From: Acidimicrobiales bacterium
GTDB lineage: Bacteria > Actinomycetota > Acidimicrobiia > Acidimicrobiales > SZUA-35
Assembly (NCBI GenBank): GCA_020630195.1
Contig: JAHDBV010000003.1
Span: forward strand, 74,043-138,042
Length of the DNA stretch: 64,000 nucleotides
Direction of reading: 5' to 3'
A model generated the notes under the pieces. It was given only the letters and a program-made list of their open reading frames with translations, did not search any database and was not told the DNA's origin. How positions within the stretch are numbered: the first letter of the stretch is position 1; the number at the start of each line of letters is the position of its first letter. The translations under genes and the position numbers were made by a program. Of this stretch, positions 17,957 to 27,898 are shown piece after piece.

Positions 17957-19186
17957 GTGTCCTCCCACGACGTCCTCACGCTGCACCGGGCCCGCCTCAC
18001 CGACGGATCGCTCGTCGACCTCGACGTGATCGACGGTCGGGTCTCGGCCTCCCGACCCGCCGCGGCCGCCGCACCGGAGGGTGCGACCGACCTGGATGGG
18101 TGGTTGCTGTTGCCCGCACTCGCCGAACCCCATGCCCACCTCGACAAGGCGCTGAGCGCGGAGATGGTCCCCAATCCCGCCGGCGACCTCGACGGTGCGA
18201 TCCACGCCTGGGTCGCCGCGCTCGTCGACGGCACGGTCGATGCCGACGACATCGCCGACCGGGCCACGGCCGCGCTCGAAAAGCTGCTCGTCAGCGGCGT
18301 CACCGCGGTGCGGAGCCACGTCGATGTGGGCGCCGCGACCGGGACCGCGTTCGTCGAGGCCGTCGGCGAGGCCCGGCGTCGGCTCGGTGATCGAATGCAG
18401 GTCCAACTCGTCGGGCTGTGCCACGGTCCGATCGCCGGTGACGACGGTGCCGCCAACCGGGCCGCCCTCGATGCGGCGCTGGATGCCGGGCTCGATCTGG
18501 TCGGCGGATGCTCCTACCGCGAACCCGAGGTGGACGAGGTGCTCGACCATCTGATCGGTCGGGCCGTCGAGCGTGGCATGCCGCTCGATCTCCACGTCGA
18601 CGAGACCCTCGCCGTCGACGTGCTCACGCTCGACTCGATCGCCCGCCGCGTGCTCGACGGACGCTGCGACGTGCCCGTGACCGCCAGCCACTGCGTGTCG
18701 CTCGGGATGCAGACACCCGAGGTCCAGGCGGCCGTCTCGGCCCGGGTCGCGGATGCCGGGGTCTCGATCGTGACGCTCCCGCACACCAACCTGTTCCTCC
18801 AGGGTCGGGCCCATCCCGTGGCCACACCTCGTGGGCTCACCGGACTCGACGCCCTCGCGTCCGCGGGCGCGCGGGTGTGTGCCGGGGCCGACAACGTGCA
18901 GGATCCGTTCAACCTCGTCGGCCGGTCCGACCCGCTCGAGACCGCCGCCCTGCTCGTGATGGCCGGCCACCGTCTGCCGGAGCGGGCGCTCGAGATGGTG
19001 AGCGGCTCGGTGTTCGACACGCTCGGGCTCGACCGCCCGGGTGTCGCCGTCGGCGATGTCGCCGACTACGTGGCCATCGATGCGGCCTCGGTGCGTGAGG
19101 CGATCTCGGACGCCCCCCGGGCCCGGCGCACGATCCGCGCGGGTCGGGTGGTGGCGGCGGTCGACGAGTCGGTCCGGATCGACTGA
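17957..19186 (+). CDS. cytosine-deaminase-like amidohydrolase
   Basis: EPHAHLDK, DLHVDE, ASHC, GADNVQDPF. Confidence 0.85.
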   Translation: MSSHDVLTLHRARLTDGSLVDLDVIDGRVSASRPAAAAAPEGATDLDGWLLLPALAEPHAHLDKALSAEMVPNPAGDLDGAIHAWVAALVDGTVDADDIADRATAALEKLLVSGVTAVRSHVDVGAATGTAFVEAVGEARRRLGDRMQVQLVGLCHGPIAGDDGAANRAALDAALDAGLDLVGGCSYREPEVDEVLDHLIGRAVERGMPLDLHVDETLAVDVLTLDSIARRVLDGRCDVPVTASHCVSLGMQTPEVQAAVSARVADAGVSIVTLPHTNLFLQGRAHPVATPRGLTGLDALASAGARVCAGADNVQDPFNLVGRSDPLETAALLVMAGHRLPERALEMVSGSVFDTLGLDRPGVAVGDVADYVAIDAASVREAISDAPRARRTIRAGRVVAAVDESVRID

Positions 19187-19196
19187 GATCGGCCGG

Positions 19197-20765
19197 TCAG
19201 ATCCCCGCGGCCCGCACGGCGGCGACGAGCTCGCCGAACCGGTCGAGGGCGCCCGGGTGCCCGAGGTCGGCCACCGAGACCATGGCGTGGTCGACGCCGG
19301 CGGCGCGCAGCGCCCGGAATCGTTCGACGTGGTCGTCGGTGGTGCCCGCTCCGACCCGTGCGGCCACCGTGGCCCGGCTGCGCCGCGGCGGGGTGATGGC
19401 GCCGAGTGCCCGATCGAGCCGTGTCGTGTCCGGGGCGGTCAGGATCGTGGAGAGATGGGTGACCCGGCGGGTGGCCGGGTCGATGCCGGCCTCGGCGAGA
19501 TGGTCCCGGTACACGCCCACGTGCGCGGCGACGGCGGCGGGATCGCCGAACACGTTGCAGGCGTCGGCCTGCCGAGCGGCGATGGCGAGGGTGCGCCGTG
19601 GCCCGCTGCCACCGACGAGGATCGGGATCTCACCCCGCACGGGCCGGGGGTAGGCGGTGGTGTCGTCGAGGCGCCACGACTCGTTCCCGAACGGCTTCGC
19701 CCCGGGGCCCCACAGGGCACGGAGGGCACCGATCGTGTCGACGAGACGGTCGGCCCGTTCGGCGACGGGCGGGAACTCGATCCCCGCGGCGGCGTGCTCG
19801 GCCTCGAACCACCCGAGCCCGAGCCCGCAGACCACGCGCCCCCCGGAGAGGACGTCGAGGGTCGCGAGGCGCTTGGCCAGCAGCGCCGGGTGGTGGAACG
19901 TGACGGGGGAGACGAGGACGCCGAGATGGATGCGCTCCGTGGCGGAGGCGATCGCGGCCAGGGTCGTGACCGGATCGAGGATCGGATCCCAACGCCGGCC
20001 GACCTGGGGGATCTGGACGAGGTGGTCCATCAGCCAGACGCTGTCGACGCCGGCCTGTTCGGCCTCCCGGGCCCAGCCGACGACGGCCGGGAAGCCCCCG
20101 GAGGCGTCGGCCGCCATCGTCACATCGCTCAGATGGAGCCCGATCCCGAGTCGGTCCGAGTCGAACAGCGGCCGCCCGGGAACACGCACCGGTGCCACGT
20201 CGGCCGGCGCTGTTGGAGCCGGCGGTGATGGGGCCGGCGGCGCCGTGACGGCGACCACGTCGCCAGCGCCCACCGCCGGGCGGGGCGGGTCGGCGTCGAG
20301 CACGAGCACACGATCGGCCTCGGGGACGAGCTCCTCGGGTGCCCGGAGCAACTCCCGGATCGTGCGGACCTGGTCGTCGACGACACGCTGGGGGACCGGG
20401 TCCGGGCGTGCCCGGTTCCGGCGTCGGCACTCCGCCGCGGTCACGGCGAAGGCCACCACGTGGATCGGACGGCCGTGTCGCAGGGCGCTGTCGACCCAAC
20501 GTCGACGCTGCACGACCTCCAGCCCCGTCGAATCGACGAGGGTGAACAGGCCGCGGGCGAGGCGACGTTCGACGATCTCCCCGACGATCGTGAAGGCGTC
20601 GTCGCTGGCCCGGATGTCGCGCTGGTTCTCGCCGCACAGGGCACGGGCGCCGTCGGTCGACACGACGCCGTTGTCGAACGCGGACGCCCAGGTCGACTTG
20701 CCGCTGCCGGCGGCGCCGACGAGCAGCACCAGCGCATCGTGGGGGAAGCTCGGCGAGTCGCTCAT
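19197..20765 (-). CDS. P-loop (Pnkp-like/AAA_33) kinase fused to LLM-class flavin/F420-dependent oxidoreductase
   Basis: N-term GAAGSGKSTW, VVSTD, VDST; C-term VWLMDHL, LAKRLATLDVLSGGR, GLGWFEAE, PILVGG. Confidence 0.85.
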   Translation of the reverse strand: MSDSPSFPHDALVLLVGAAGSGKSTWASAFDNGVVSTDGARALCGENQRDIRASDDAFTIVGEIVERRLARGLFTLVDSTGLEVVQRRRWVDSALRHGRPIHVVAFAVTAAECRRRNRARPDPVPQRVVDDQVRTIRELLRAPEELVPEADRVLVLDADPPRPAVGAGDVVAVTAPPAPSPPAPTAPADVAPVRVPGRPLFDSDRLGIGLHLSDVTMAADASGGFPAVVGWAREAEQAGVDSVWLMDHLVQIPQVGRRWDPILDPVTTLAAIASATERIHLGVLVSPVTFHHPALLAKRLATLDVLSGGRVVCGLGLGWFEAEHAAAGIEFPPVAERADRLVDTIGALRALWGPGAKPFGNESWRLDDTTAYPRPVRGEIPILVGGSGPRRTLAIAARQADACNVFGDPAAVAAHVGVYRDHLAEAGIDPATRRVTHLSTILTAPDTTRLDRALGAITPPRRSRATVAARVGAGTTDDHVERFRALRAAGVDHAMVSVADLGHPGALDRFGELVAAVRAAGI

Positions 20766-20891
20766 GCGACTCCGGGTGGCGTTGTCGCGACCATCACGGT
20801 GGTCCTGTCGTCGGTGGGGACATACTTTGCCGCGAACACACGATGGTCGCTGTCGCCCCAGCCGGCCACGACGGGAACGGGTAGGCCCTTC

Positions 20892-21167
20892 GTGATCTTG
20901 AATCTGACCTTCGACACCGATGGCTCCGGCGACGCCGGCGCGGTCGAATCGGTCGTGCGATCCGCCGATGGCGGCGCCGTCCGCGTCGCTGGGAACCACT
21001 GGTTCGTCGACTCCTCGGAGGACGCCGACACCTGGGGCCGCCGATTGCTCGAAGCCGGCGCCTCGACGTTCCTCGTGACGCTCTGCTCCCGGTCGATGGC
21101 CTGGCGGCTCGGCCCCGAGATCTCGAGCTGGATCAAGGCCGACCACCGCAACTGGGATCCCTCGTGA
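20892..21167 (+). CDS. small protein, possible Cas2/VapD-like ferredoxin fold
   Basis: Beta-Asp-alpha-beta pattern (LNLTFD...NHWFVDS...AW...SWI); stop overlaps next start. Confidence 0.55.
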   Translation: MILNLTFDTDGSGDAGAVESVVRSADGGAVRVAGNHWFVDSSEDADTWGRRLLEAGASTFLVTLCSRSMAWRLGPEISSWIKADHRNWDPS

Positions 21168-21544
21168 GCGATGCCCGCTGCCCCTGCGGCGGGTTCTCCA
21201 CGGCCACCTGTTGTGGCCCGATCCTCGCCGGGGCGAACCCGGCCGTCACCGCCGAAGCGCTGATGCGGAGTCGCTACACGGCGTTCGCACTCGGCCTGGT
21301 CGATCACCTCGTCGCCACGTGGGATCCGGCCACCCGCCCGGTCGAGCTGACCGTGCCGGCCGCGCAGACCTGGCACGGCCTCCGGATCCTCGACACGGCC
21401 CGTGGCGGTGCCCTCGACGCCGACGGCGAAGTCGAGTTCATCGCGACCTATCGCATCGGTGGCGAGGAGGCGCAGCTGCACGAACGGAGCCGCTTCCGTC
21501 GTGATGCCGGCCGTTGGCTTTACGTCGACGGCGATCAGTTCTGA
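21164..21544 (+). CDS. YchJ family protein (SEC-C + NTF2-like)
   Basis: CPCG...CC, TAEALMRSRYTAF, VEFIA, HERSRF, WLYVDG. Confidence 0.92.
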   Translation: MSDARCPCGGFSTATCCGPILAGANPAVTAEALMRSRYTAFALGLVDHLVATWDPATRPVELTVPAAQTWHGLRILDTARGGALDADGEVEFIATYRIGGEEAQLHERSRFRRDAGRWLYVDGDQF

Positions 21545-21557
21545 CCCATCGGCGCGG

Positions 21558-22358
21558 TCAGCGGTTCTGGAAGTCGGGGCGACGCTTCTCGAGGAAGCTC
21601 GCCATGCCCTCCTGGGCGTCGTGGGTCTGGCTCGCCGAGGCCATCACCTCGAGGGCGTGGCGATAGGCCGACTCGAGATCGAGGTCGAGATGGGCGTAGA
21701 GCGTCTGCTTGCCGAGGCCCTTCGAGAAGCGTGAACCCCGGGTCGCCCGACCGAGCAGTTCGGCGGCCGCATCGTCGAGGGTGTCGGCGGGGACCACCCG
21801 ATTGAGCAGGCCCCATTCGGCAGCGGTGTCGGCATCGATCGTGTCGCCGGTGAGGCTGAGTTCCATGGCCCGCTTGCGGCCGATGTTGCGGCTGATGCCG
21901 ACCATGGGCGTGTGGCAGAACCAGCCGCCCTTGCCGCCGGGGGCGGCGAACCCCGCGCTGTCGGCCGCCACGGCGAGATCACACGACGACACGAGCTGGC
22001 AGCCCGCGGCCGTGGCGAGGCCGTGGACCCGGGCGAGCACCACCTGGGGCACCCGCTGGACGAGCAACATCAGCTCGGTGCAGGTGGCGAGCAGTTCCCG
22101 CATGAACCCGAGGTCGGCACCGGCCATGTCGGCGAAGTCGTGGCCGGCGGAGAACACGGGGCCGTTGCCGGCCACGATGATGCCGGTGGCGTCGCTCTCG
22201 GCGACCGCCTCGAACGCGACGATGAGTTCACGCATGTGGGCGAGCGACAGGGCGTTGCGCCGGTCGGGGCGGTTCATCGTGATCGTCACGTGGTCACCCG
22301 CCCGGGTGACGAGCACGTGCTCGAGGTCGAGGCCGGCGAGATCGGTGCTGGTGCTCAC
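21558..22358 (-). CDS. enoyl-CoA hydratase/isomerase family protein
   Basis: NRPDRRNALS, FSAGHD, ATAAGCQLV, EGMASFLEKRRP. Confidence 0.92.
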   Translation of the reverse strand: MSTSTDLAGLDLEHVLVTRAGDHVTITMNRPDRRNALSLAHMRELIVAFEAVAESDATGIIVAGNGPVFSAGHDFADMAGADLGFMRELLATCTELMLLVQRVPQVVLARVHGLATAAGCQLVSSCDLAVAADSAGFAAPGGKGGWFCHTPMVGISRNIGRKRAMELSLTGDTIDADTAAEWGLLNRVVPADTLDDAAAELLGRATRGSRFSKGLGKQTLYAHLDLDLESAYRHALEVMASASQTHDAQEGMASFLEKRRPDFQNR

Positions 22359-22438
22359 GAGTGCATCCTCCCATGACGGGGCGCCGAGCCGCCACGGCAT
22401 GCCCCGACCGGGCCGTCCGGCGTCGATATCCTCCCCCG

Positions 22439-23242
22439 GTGCCGTCCGCCGCCTCCACGACCCCCGTCGTGCGCCCCTCCGTCGATGGTCGAGGCGCCGA
22501 GGTGGTCTTCACCACCCGCCACGGCGGGGTCTCGAGCGGCGAGTTCGGTTCGCTCAACCTCGGCGCCCACGTCGGTGACGACCCCGCCGCCGTCACCGAG
22601 AACCGCCGTCGTGCCGTCGCGACGCTCGGGCTCGCCGGCAACCGGGGTGTGTTCGCCGAACAGGTGCACGGAACCCACGTGAGCGTGGTCGACGACACCC
22701 ACGCCGGCGCCGGCATCACAGGCCCCGAGATCGCGGCCAGTGATGCACTCGTCACCGACTCGCCCGGGCTCGCCCTGGCGATGATGGTGGCCGACTGTGT
22801 GCCGGGTGTGCTGCTCGATCCCGACGCCGGCGTGCTCGGCGTGTTCCACGCCGGGTGGAAGGGCACCGTGCACGGTGTGGCCGCCGAGACCGTCGGCGCG
22901 ATGGCCGCCCTCGGTGCCGAGCCGGAACGCATCGTCGGGGCCCTCGGTCCGCACATCACGGTCGACCGCTATCAGGTCGACGACGTCGTGGCCGGCCCGG
23001 TGCGCGTCGCCTTCGGTGCGGACACCGCCCTGCTCGTGCCCGACGGGCCCGGCCACCACCGCTTCGATCTCGCCGGGGCCAACCTCACCCATCTCGCCGA
23101 CGCGGGGGTCGATCCCGCGGGCATCGAGGTGGTCGACGTCGGGACCGACGACGACCGTTTCTACTCGCACCGCCTGCGCCCACCGGTCGGACGGTTCGCG
23201 GTCATCGCCGCCCTCAGCACCCCGGGAGGCCCCCGTGGCTGA
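22439..23242 (+). CDS. pgeF: PgeF/YfiH polyphenol oxidase family (peptidoglycan editing factor)
   Basis: FTTRHGGVS, SLNLG, QVHG, VADCVP, HAGWKG, FYSHR. Confidence 0.9.
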   Translation: MPSAASTTPVVRPSVDGRGAEVVFTTRHGGVSSGEFGSLNLGAHVGDDPAAVTENRRRAVATLGLAGNRGVFAEQVHGTHVSVVDDTHAGAGITGPEIAASDALVTDSPGLALAMMVADCVPGVLLDPDAGVLGVFHAGWKGTVHGVAAETVGAMAALGAEPERIVGALGPHITVDRYQVDDVVAGPVRVAFGADTALLVPDGPGHHRFDLAGANLTHLADAGVDPAGIEVVDVGTDDDRFYSHRLRPPVGRFAVIAALSTPGGPRG

Positions 23243-24599
23243 CACCCCCACCCGGTCGAGCGGCACGTTCCGCTACGGCACGGCCACCGTCGATCGGGCC
23301 GCCCACGCCGTCGATCTGGGCTACGAGCACCATGCAGCCGACGGCACCGTCGAGACCTTCGTCGAGCGCGTCGCCTTCCCCGGCGGCGGTGACTGGGATG
23401 CGCCGGGTGTCGAGGCCGCGATCCGCCTGCTCCATCTCGTCGCGGCCGTGAGCTACCACAAGGCCTTCGCCACGGCCCGGATCGAGCTCGGCCAGTACCG
23501 CCTCGCGCCGTCGGAGCACACCTGGCTCACCGGCTTCTACCGGGACGGACTCGGCGAGTTCGCCTACGTCAACGATCTCGACCTGTCCGACCTCCACCTC
23601 GTCGCCGACCTCGACGACGAACCGGGTCCGGCGCCGGTCCGCGACGGGGTCCGCAACCGTCCGCTGCTCCCGTTCGGTGGTGGTCTCGACTCGATCGTGT
23701 CGCTGTCCCTCCTGCCCGAGGACGCCGAGGTGTCGCTGTTCGTGGTCGGCCGGCCGGGCATGGCGTATGCCGCCATCGACAAGGCGGCCTCGGTGACCGA
23801 CCTCCCGATGGTGCGGGCGGAGCGATCGCTCGACCCGAAGGTGCTGCGCCCGACGAGCGAGACCGGCTACCTCAACGGCCACGTGCCGATCACCGGCGTC
23901 ATCTCGGCGATCGGTGTCCTCGCGGCGGCGCTCGATCGCCGGGACGCGCTCGTCATGTCGAACGAGTGGTCGGCGTCGTCGGGCACCCTCGAGGTCGACG
24001 GGGTGATGGTGAACCATCAGTACTCGAAGTCGTGGGCGTTCGAGTCGGCGTTCAACGATCTCGTGCATCGCCGGGTGGCCGCCGACCTGCACTACTTCTC
24101 GATCCTGCGACCCCGCACCGAACTCTGGATCGCGGAGCGCTTCGCCGAGCTGGCCGAGTTCCATCCGGTGGTGCACTCGTGCAATCGGGCGTTCCACGCC
24201 GATCCGGCCCGACGACTCGATCACTGGTGCGGCGAGTGCCCCAAGTGCGCGTTCATCGATCTGATCCTCAGCCCCACGATGTCGCCCGATGCGCTCGGGT
24301 CGATCTTCTCCGTCGCCGGTGAGCCGCTGCGGAACCCCGAGGTGATCGAGGAGTTCCGCCGCCTGCTCGGGACCTCGCCGCTCGACAAGCCCTTCGAGTG
24401 TGTGGGCGACGTGGCCGAGTGTCGTGCCGCCGTCCGTCTCGCCGCCGCCCGCCCCGATCGCGCCGACGACGCGGTGCTCCACCGGCTCGTGGCCGAGCTG
24501 CCTCCGGCCGACCCGGACGAGGAGCCGGCACGGTTGATGGCGCCGCTCGGACCCGATCTCGTGCCCGAGGGGTACCGCCGTGGCGCTCGGCTGGACTGA
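23235..24599 (+). CDS. murL: UDP-MurNAc-L-Ala-L-Glu epimerase (MurL)
   Basis: VSYHKA, GLGEFAYVN, GGGLDS PP-loop, NGHVPIT, SNEWSA, VNHQYSKS, WCGECPKC, KPFECVG; directly upstream of murD-like gene. Confidence 0.82.
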   Translation: MADTPTRSSGTFRYGTATVDRAAHAVDLGYEHHAADGTVETFVERVAFPGGGDWDAPGVEAAIRLLHLVAAVSYHKAFATARIELGQYRLAPSEHTWLTGFYRDGLGEFAYVNDLDLSDLHLVADLDDEPGPAPVRDGVRNRPLLPFGGGLDSIVSLSLLPEDAEVSLFVVGRPGMAYAAIDKAASVTDLPMVRAERSLDPKVLRPTSETGYLNGHVPITGVISAIGVLAAALDRRDALVMSNEWSASSGTLEVDGVMVNHQYSKSWAFESAFNDLVHRRVAADLHYFSILRPRTELWIAERFAELAEFHPVVHSCNRAFHADPARRLDHWCGECPKCAFIDLILSPTMSPDALGSIFSVAGEPLRNPEVIEEFRRLLGTSPLDKPFECVGDVAECRAAVRLAAARPDRADDAVLHRLVAELPPADPDEEPARLMAPLGPDLVPEGYRRGARLD

Positions 24600-25920
24600 T
24601 CTCCCGGGACGGCGCGTCGGCATCTGGGGCCTCGGCGTCGAGGGCCGTGCGGCCCTGCGGCGCCTCGCCGACGACGGCCTCCGCCCGACCGTCATCGTCG
24701 ACGGTGCTCCTCCCGCCGAGCTCGGTGCTCCCGACGGTGGCGCCCCGGTGGTCGCCCAGGACGCGGGCGGACTCGAACGGCTGGCCGCCTGCGACGTCGT
24801 GATCGCCTCCCCGGGCATCTCCCGCCACGGCGCCCCGATGGCCGAGGTGGCGGCCGGCGGCGCGGTCGTCGTCGGTGGGCTCGGGTTGTGGTTCGCCGAC
24901 ACCGACCCCGATCGGGTCATCGCGGTCACGGGCACCAAGGGCAAGTCGACGACCGCCCTCGTACTCGGCCACCTGCTCGCCGGTCTCGGCGAACAGGTGC
25001 GGGTCGGCGGCAACGTCGGTGTCTGCCCCTTCGACCCCGAGCACGCCGATCGCTCGGCCCGCTGGGTCATCGAGGTGTCGAGCTATCAGGCCACGTCGAT
25101 CCGGCACGGTGCGGGTGTCGTGGTCGTGACGAGCCTGGCCCCCGATCACCTGCCGTGGCACGCCGACGACGTCGAGACGTACTACGCCGACAAGCTCTCG
25201 CTCGCTTCCCACGACGGCACCGGCGCGGTGCTCGTCAACGGTGACTCGGCACTGCTCACCGCCCGGCCCGAGCTCTCCGGTGCGATCCCGGTCGGGCTCG
25301 CCGACGAGCACGCGGCCGATGCCGCCTGGCTCGACGCACTCGGGCTCCTCGGCAGCCACAACCGCCGGAACGCGCTCCTCGCCCGGGCCGCCATCGTGGC
25401 CGCCGGCGTCGACGCCGATCCGGCCCGCCTCGTCGAGGCCGCCGCCGGATTCGAACCACCGGAGGCCCGCCTCACCGCGGTCGCCACGGTGGCCGGGGTC
25501 ACGTTCGTCGACGACGGGCTCTCCACCAATGTGTTGCCGGCGCTCGCCGCGGTCGAGGCGTTCGCCGACCGGGCGGTCGCGCTCGTCGTCGGTGGGCAGG
25601 ACCGGGGCGTCGACTACGGACCGCTCGCCGCCGGCCTCACCGACCATCCGATGTGCACCCTCGTGGTGGTCGACTCCGAGACCGCCGATCGCATGGCCGA
25701 CGCGGCGGCCCACCACGGGGTGGCATCGATCCGGGTGCCCGACCTCGAGGCGGCGGTCGCCGCCGGTGCGTCCGCCGTCGGCGACGGTGGTGTCGTGGTG
25801 TTGTCACCGGCGGCACCGAGCTTCGATCGCTTCCGCGACTACCGACACCGTTCGGAGGTGTTCGCCGGGGCCGTGGCGCGCCACGCCGACGCTCAGCCCC
25901 GCGGGACCAGCGCCAGCTGA
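24580..25920 (+). CDS. murD: UDP-MurNAc-L-Ala--glutamate ligase (MurD2-type)
   Basis: IWGLGVEG, SPGI, VTGTKGKSTT, EVSSYQ, PDHLPWH, GGQDRG, LSPAAPSFD. Confidence 0.9.
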   Translation: MALGWTDLPGRRVGIWGLGVEGRAALRRLADDGLRPTVIVDGAPPAELGAPDGGAPVVAQDAGGLERLAACDVVIASPGISRHGAPMAEVAAGGAVVVGGLGLWFADTDPDRVIAVTGTKGKSTTALVLGHLLAGLGEQVRVGGNVGVCPFDPEHADRSARWVIEVSSYQATSIRHGAGVVVVTSLAPDHLPWHADDVETYYADKLSLASHDGTGAVLVNGDSALLTARPELSGAIPVGLADEHAADAAWLDALGLLGSHNRRNALLARAAIVAAGVDADPARLVEAAAGFEPPEARLTAVATVAGVTFVDDGLSTNVLPALAAVEAFADRAVALVVGGQDRGVDYGPLAAGLTDHPMCTLVVVDSETADRMADAAAHHGVASIRVPDLEAAVAAGASAVGDGGVVVLSPAAPSFDRFRDYRHRSEVFAGAVARHADAQPRGTSAS

Positions 25921-26699
25921 CGCGACTGGGCCACGAGGCGCCCCTCGCCGTCCCAGATCACGCCGTCCTCCTCGAGGAACCCGCCGGTGATGAACCGGCT
26001 CGTGAACCCGGCCCGGAGTGGGCCCGGTGCGGGGCGGCGACGGACGTGGCTCGTCAACTCGACCGTGGGCACCCATCCGACGGGGGCGTCGACGTTGAAG
26101 ATCGTGGGTGGCAGGGCGTCGGTGGCGAACACGAGGCCGATGCCGTCGATCACCTCACCGTCGGCGAAGGCGAACCAGCCCCGGGTACGGGCGTGGCCGC
26201 TCTTGCGGCCTTCGGCGAACCCGGCGTCGTCGGGGTGGAGGCGTACGTCGAGTCGTTCGAACAGGGCGGGACCACCACCGGGTCCACCCGGGTTGGTGCG
26301 GGCGGGGAGTTCGTCGAACGGTGGCATCGGGGTCGGTTCGTCGTCGACGAGGAGGTCGGTCGCGCCGCCGATCTCGTCGAGATCGCCGGCGGCCATCAGC
26401 ACCTGGACGATCGTGCGGCCCTCGGCGTCGGTCATCGTCACCGACCCGGATGCGAACCGTCGTCCCTCCTTGTGCACCACGATGGCGAGCTCGACCGGGC
26501 CGTCACGCCCCGGGGCGAGGTAGTGGGTGGTCGTCGTGATCGGATCGGGGCGACCGGTGTGCTCGGTGAAGGCCCGTGCGGCCAGGGCGGCGAGATAGCC
26601 ACCGTTGGCGTTGCCGCCGATGTCCCACCCGGGACGGATCTCGGCGGCCCATCGGTCGTCGGCCACCCGGGTGACCGCGGTGTCTTCTCGGAACGACAT
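25893..26699 (-). CDS. TesB-like double hotdog thioesterase
   Basis: NGGYLAA, DALPP, VPTVELT, GRLVAQSRQ. Confidence 0.88.
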   Translation of the reverse strand: MSFREDTAVTRVADDRWAAEIRPGWDIGGNANGGYLAALAARAFTEHTGRPDPITTTTHYLAPGRDGPVELAIVVHKEGRRFASGSVTMTDAEGRTIVQVLMAAGDLDEIGGATDLLVDDEPTPMPPFDELPARTNPGGPGGGPALFERLDVRLHPDDAGFAEGRKSGHARTRGWFAFADGEVIDGIGLVFATDALPPTIFNVDAPVGWVPTVELTSHVRRRPAPGPLRAGFTSRFITGGFLEEDGVIWDGEGRLVAQSRQLALVPRG

Positions 26700-26781
26700 G
26701 GTCGCAGCCTCCCCGATCCGGCCGCCGAGCACACATCCGCACCACGGGGTGTGACGAAGGTCGCCCGGTAGTGTCGGAACC

Positions 26782-27879
26782 ATGTGGACGCTGGAGGCGG
26801 CAGGTCCGGACGATCTCGATCACGTGCTCGTGGCGGTCGTGGCGACGGCGAACACCGGTGGTGGGTCGTTGCACGTCGAGGGTGGGGCCGACCTGTTGCC
26901 GCTGCTCGTCGAGCAGCTCGGCACGATCGCCGACCCGGACCGGGTCGATGCCAACCTCCGCCGGGTCGGCACGCACCTCCACGTGCAGGTCGCTCCGGCC
27001 GGTCGGCCGCCCTTCGTGCTGGCCCGCGCGTGTGAGGAGTTCGCCGAACACGCCGTCGTGGTCCGCGACGGCGACGACGTCGTGCCCGCCGGGCGGGCGC
27101 AGCACATCGCCTGGATCGACGAGGCCGTCCGGGCGGAACGTCAGCGGTGGCGCAGTCGTCTGGCGCTCGTGTCCGGCCTCCCCGAGGGTGCCGAGCTGAC
27201 GGTCACGGTCGGTGACGGGCCGGGGCAGGACGAGCCGTCGTTGGCACTCGCCCAGGGCCTCCGCCGCTTCCGTTCCGATCGGGACGATCTCATCTCGAGC
27301 CGCGATCTGCTCGTGATCTTCCTCGCCCGGGAAGCGCTCACCATCGACGACGAAGCCGAGCAGCTGCTGTTGCGTTCGGCCCTGCGGCGCCGGGTCACCC
27401 TCTGGCACTGGCTCGCCGAGTTCGAGCCGGAGCCGACCCAGGTGGCGGCCCTGCTGCACGAGGCCATCACCGGTCGGGATCGGGACAAGACCGACGCCGG
27501 CCGGGCGATCGTCGACGTCTCGGCGTTGCTGCTCGACGGCGACACCCACGCCGAACTGGTCGAGGCCCTCGGGTCGTCGGGCTACAAGCACTTCTCCGAG
27601 GCGGCGACCGAGGGTGCCGATCCCGCCGTCATCCAGCTCCGGCTGCGGTCGGTGCTCGCCACCACGATCGCGGGGGAGGAGCTGCGCTGGCGCTCCAACG
27701 GTGAGCTGCGCCGACGCTCCGCCATCGCGGCGACCGAGCTGCTCGCCGAACCACGCCGGCGGTCGGTGAGTCGCCTGCTCGATCGGCTGGGTCTGGAGCG
27801 CTTCGCCCGCTCGTCGTCGGGTGTGCGGCTGCGCGCCGAGGACGACCGACTCGCGCTCGACTGGCCGGGCAAGGTCTGA
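26782..27879 (+). CDS. hypothetical helical protein
   Basis: 365-aa ORF with host codon bias; TAGTGT-N7-ATG. Confidence 0.7.
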   Translation: MWTLEAAGPDDLDHVLVAVVATANTGGGSLHVEGGADLLPLLVEQLGTIADPDRVDANLRRVGTHLHVQVAPAGRPPFVLARACEEFAEHAVVVRDGDDVVPAGRAQHIAWIDEAVRAERQRWRSRLALVSGLPEGAELTVTVGDGPGQDEPSLALAQGLRRFRSDRDDLISSRDLLVIFLAREALTIDDEAEQLLLRSALRRRVTLWHWLAEFEPEPTQVAALLHEAITGRDRDKTDAGRAIVDVSALLLDGDTHAELVEALGSSGYKHFSEAATEGADPAVIQLRLRSVLATTIAGEELRWRSNGELRRRSAIAATELLAEPRRRSVSRLLDRLGLERFARSSSGVRLRAEDDRLALDWPGKV

Positions 27880-27898
27880 CCCGCACCGGCGTCGGCGG

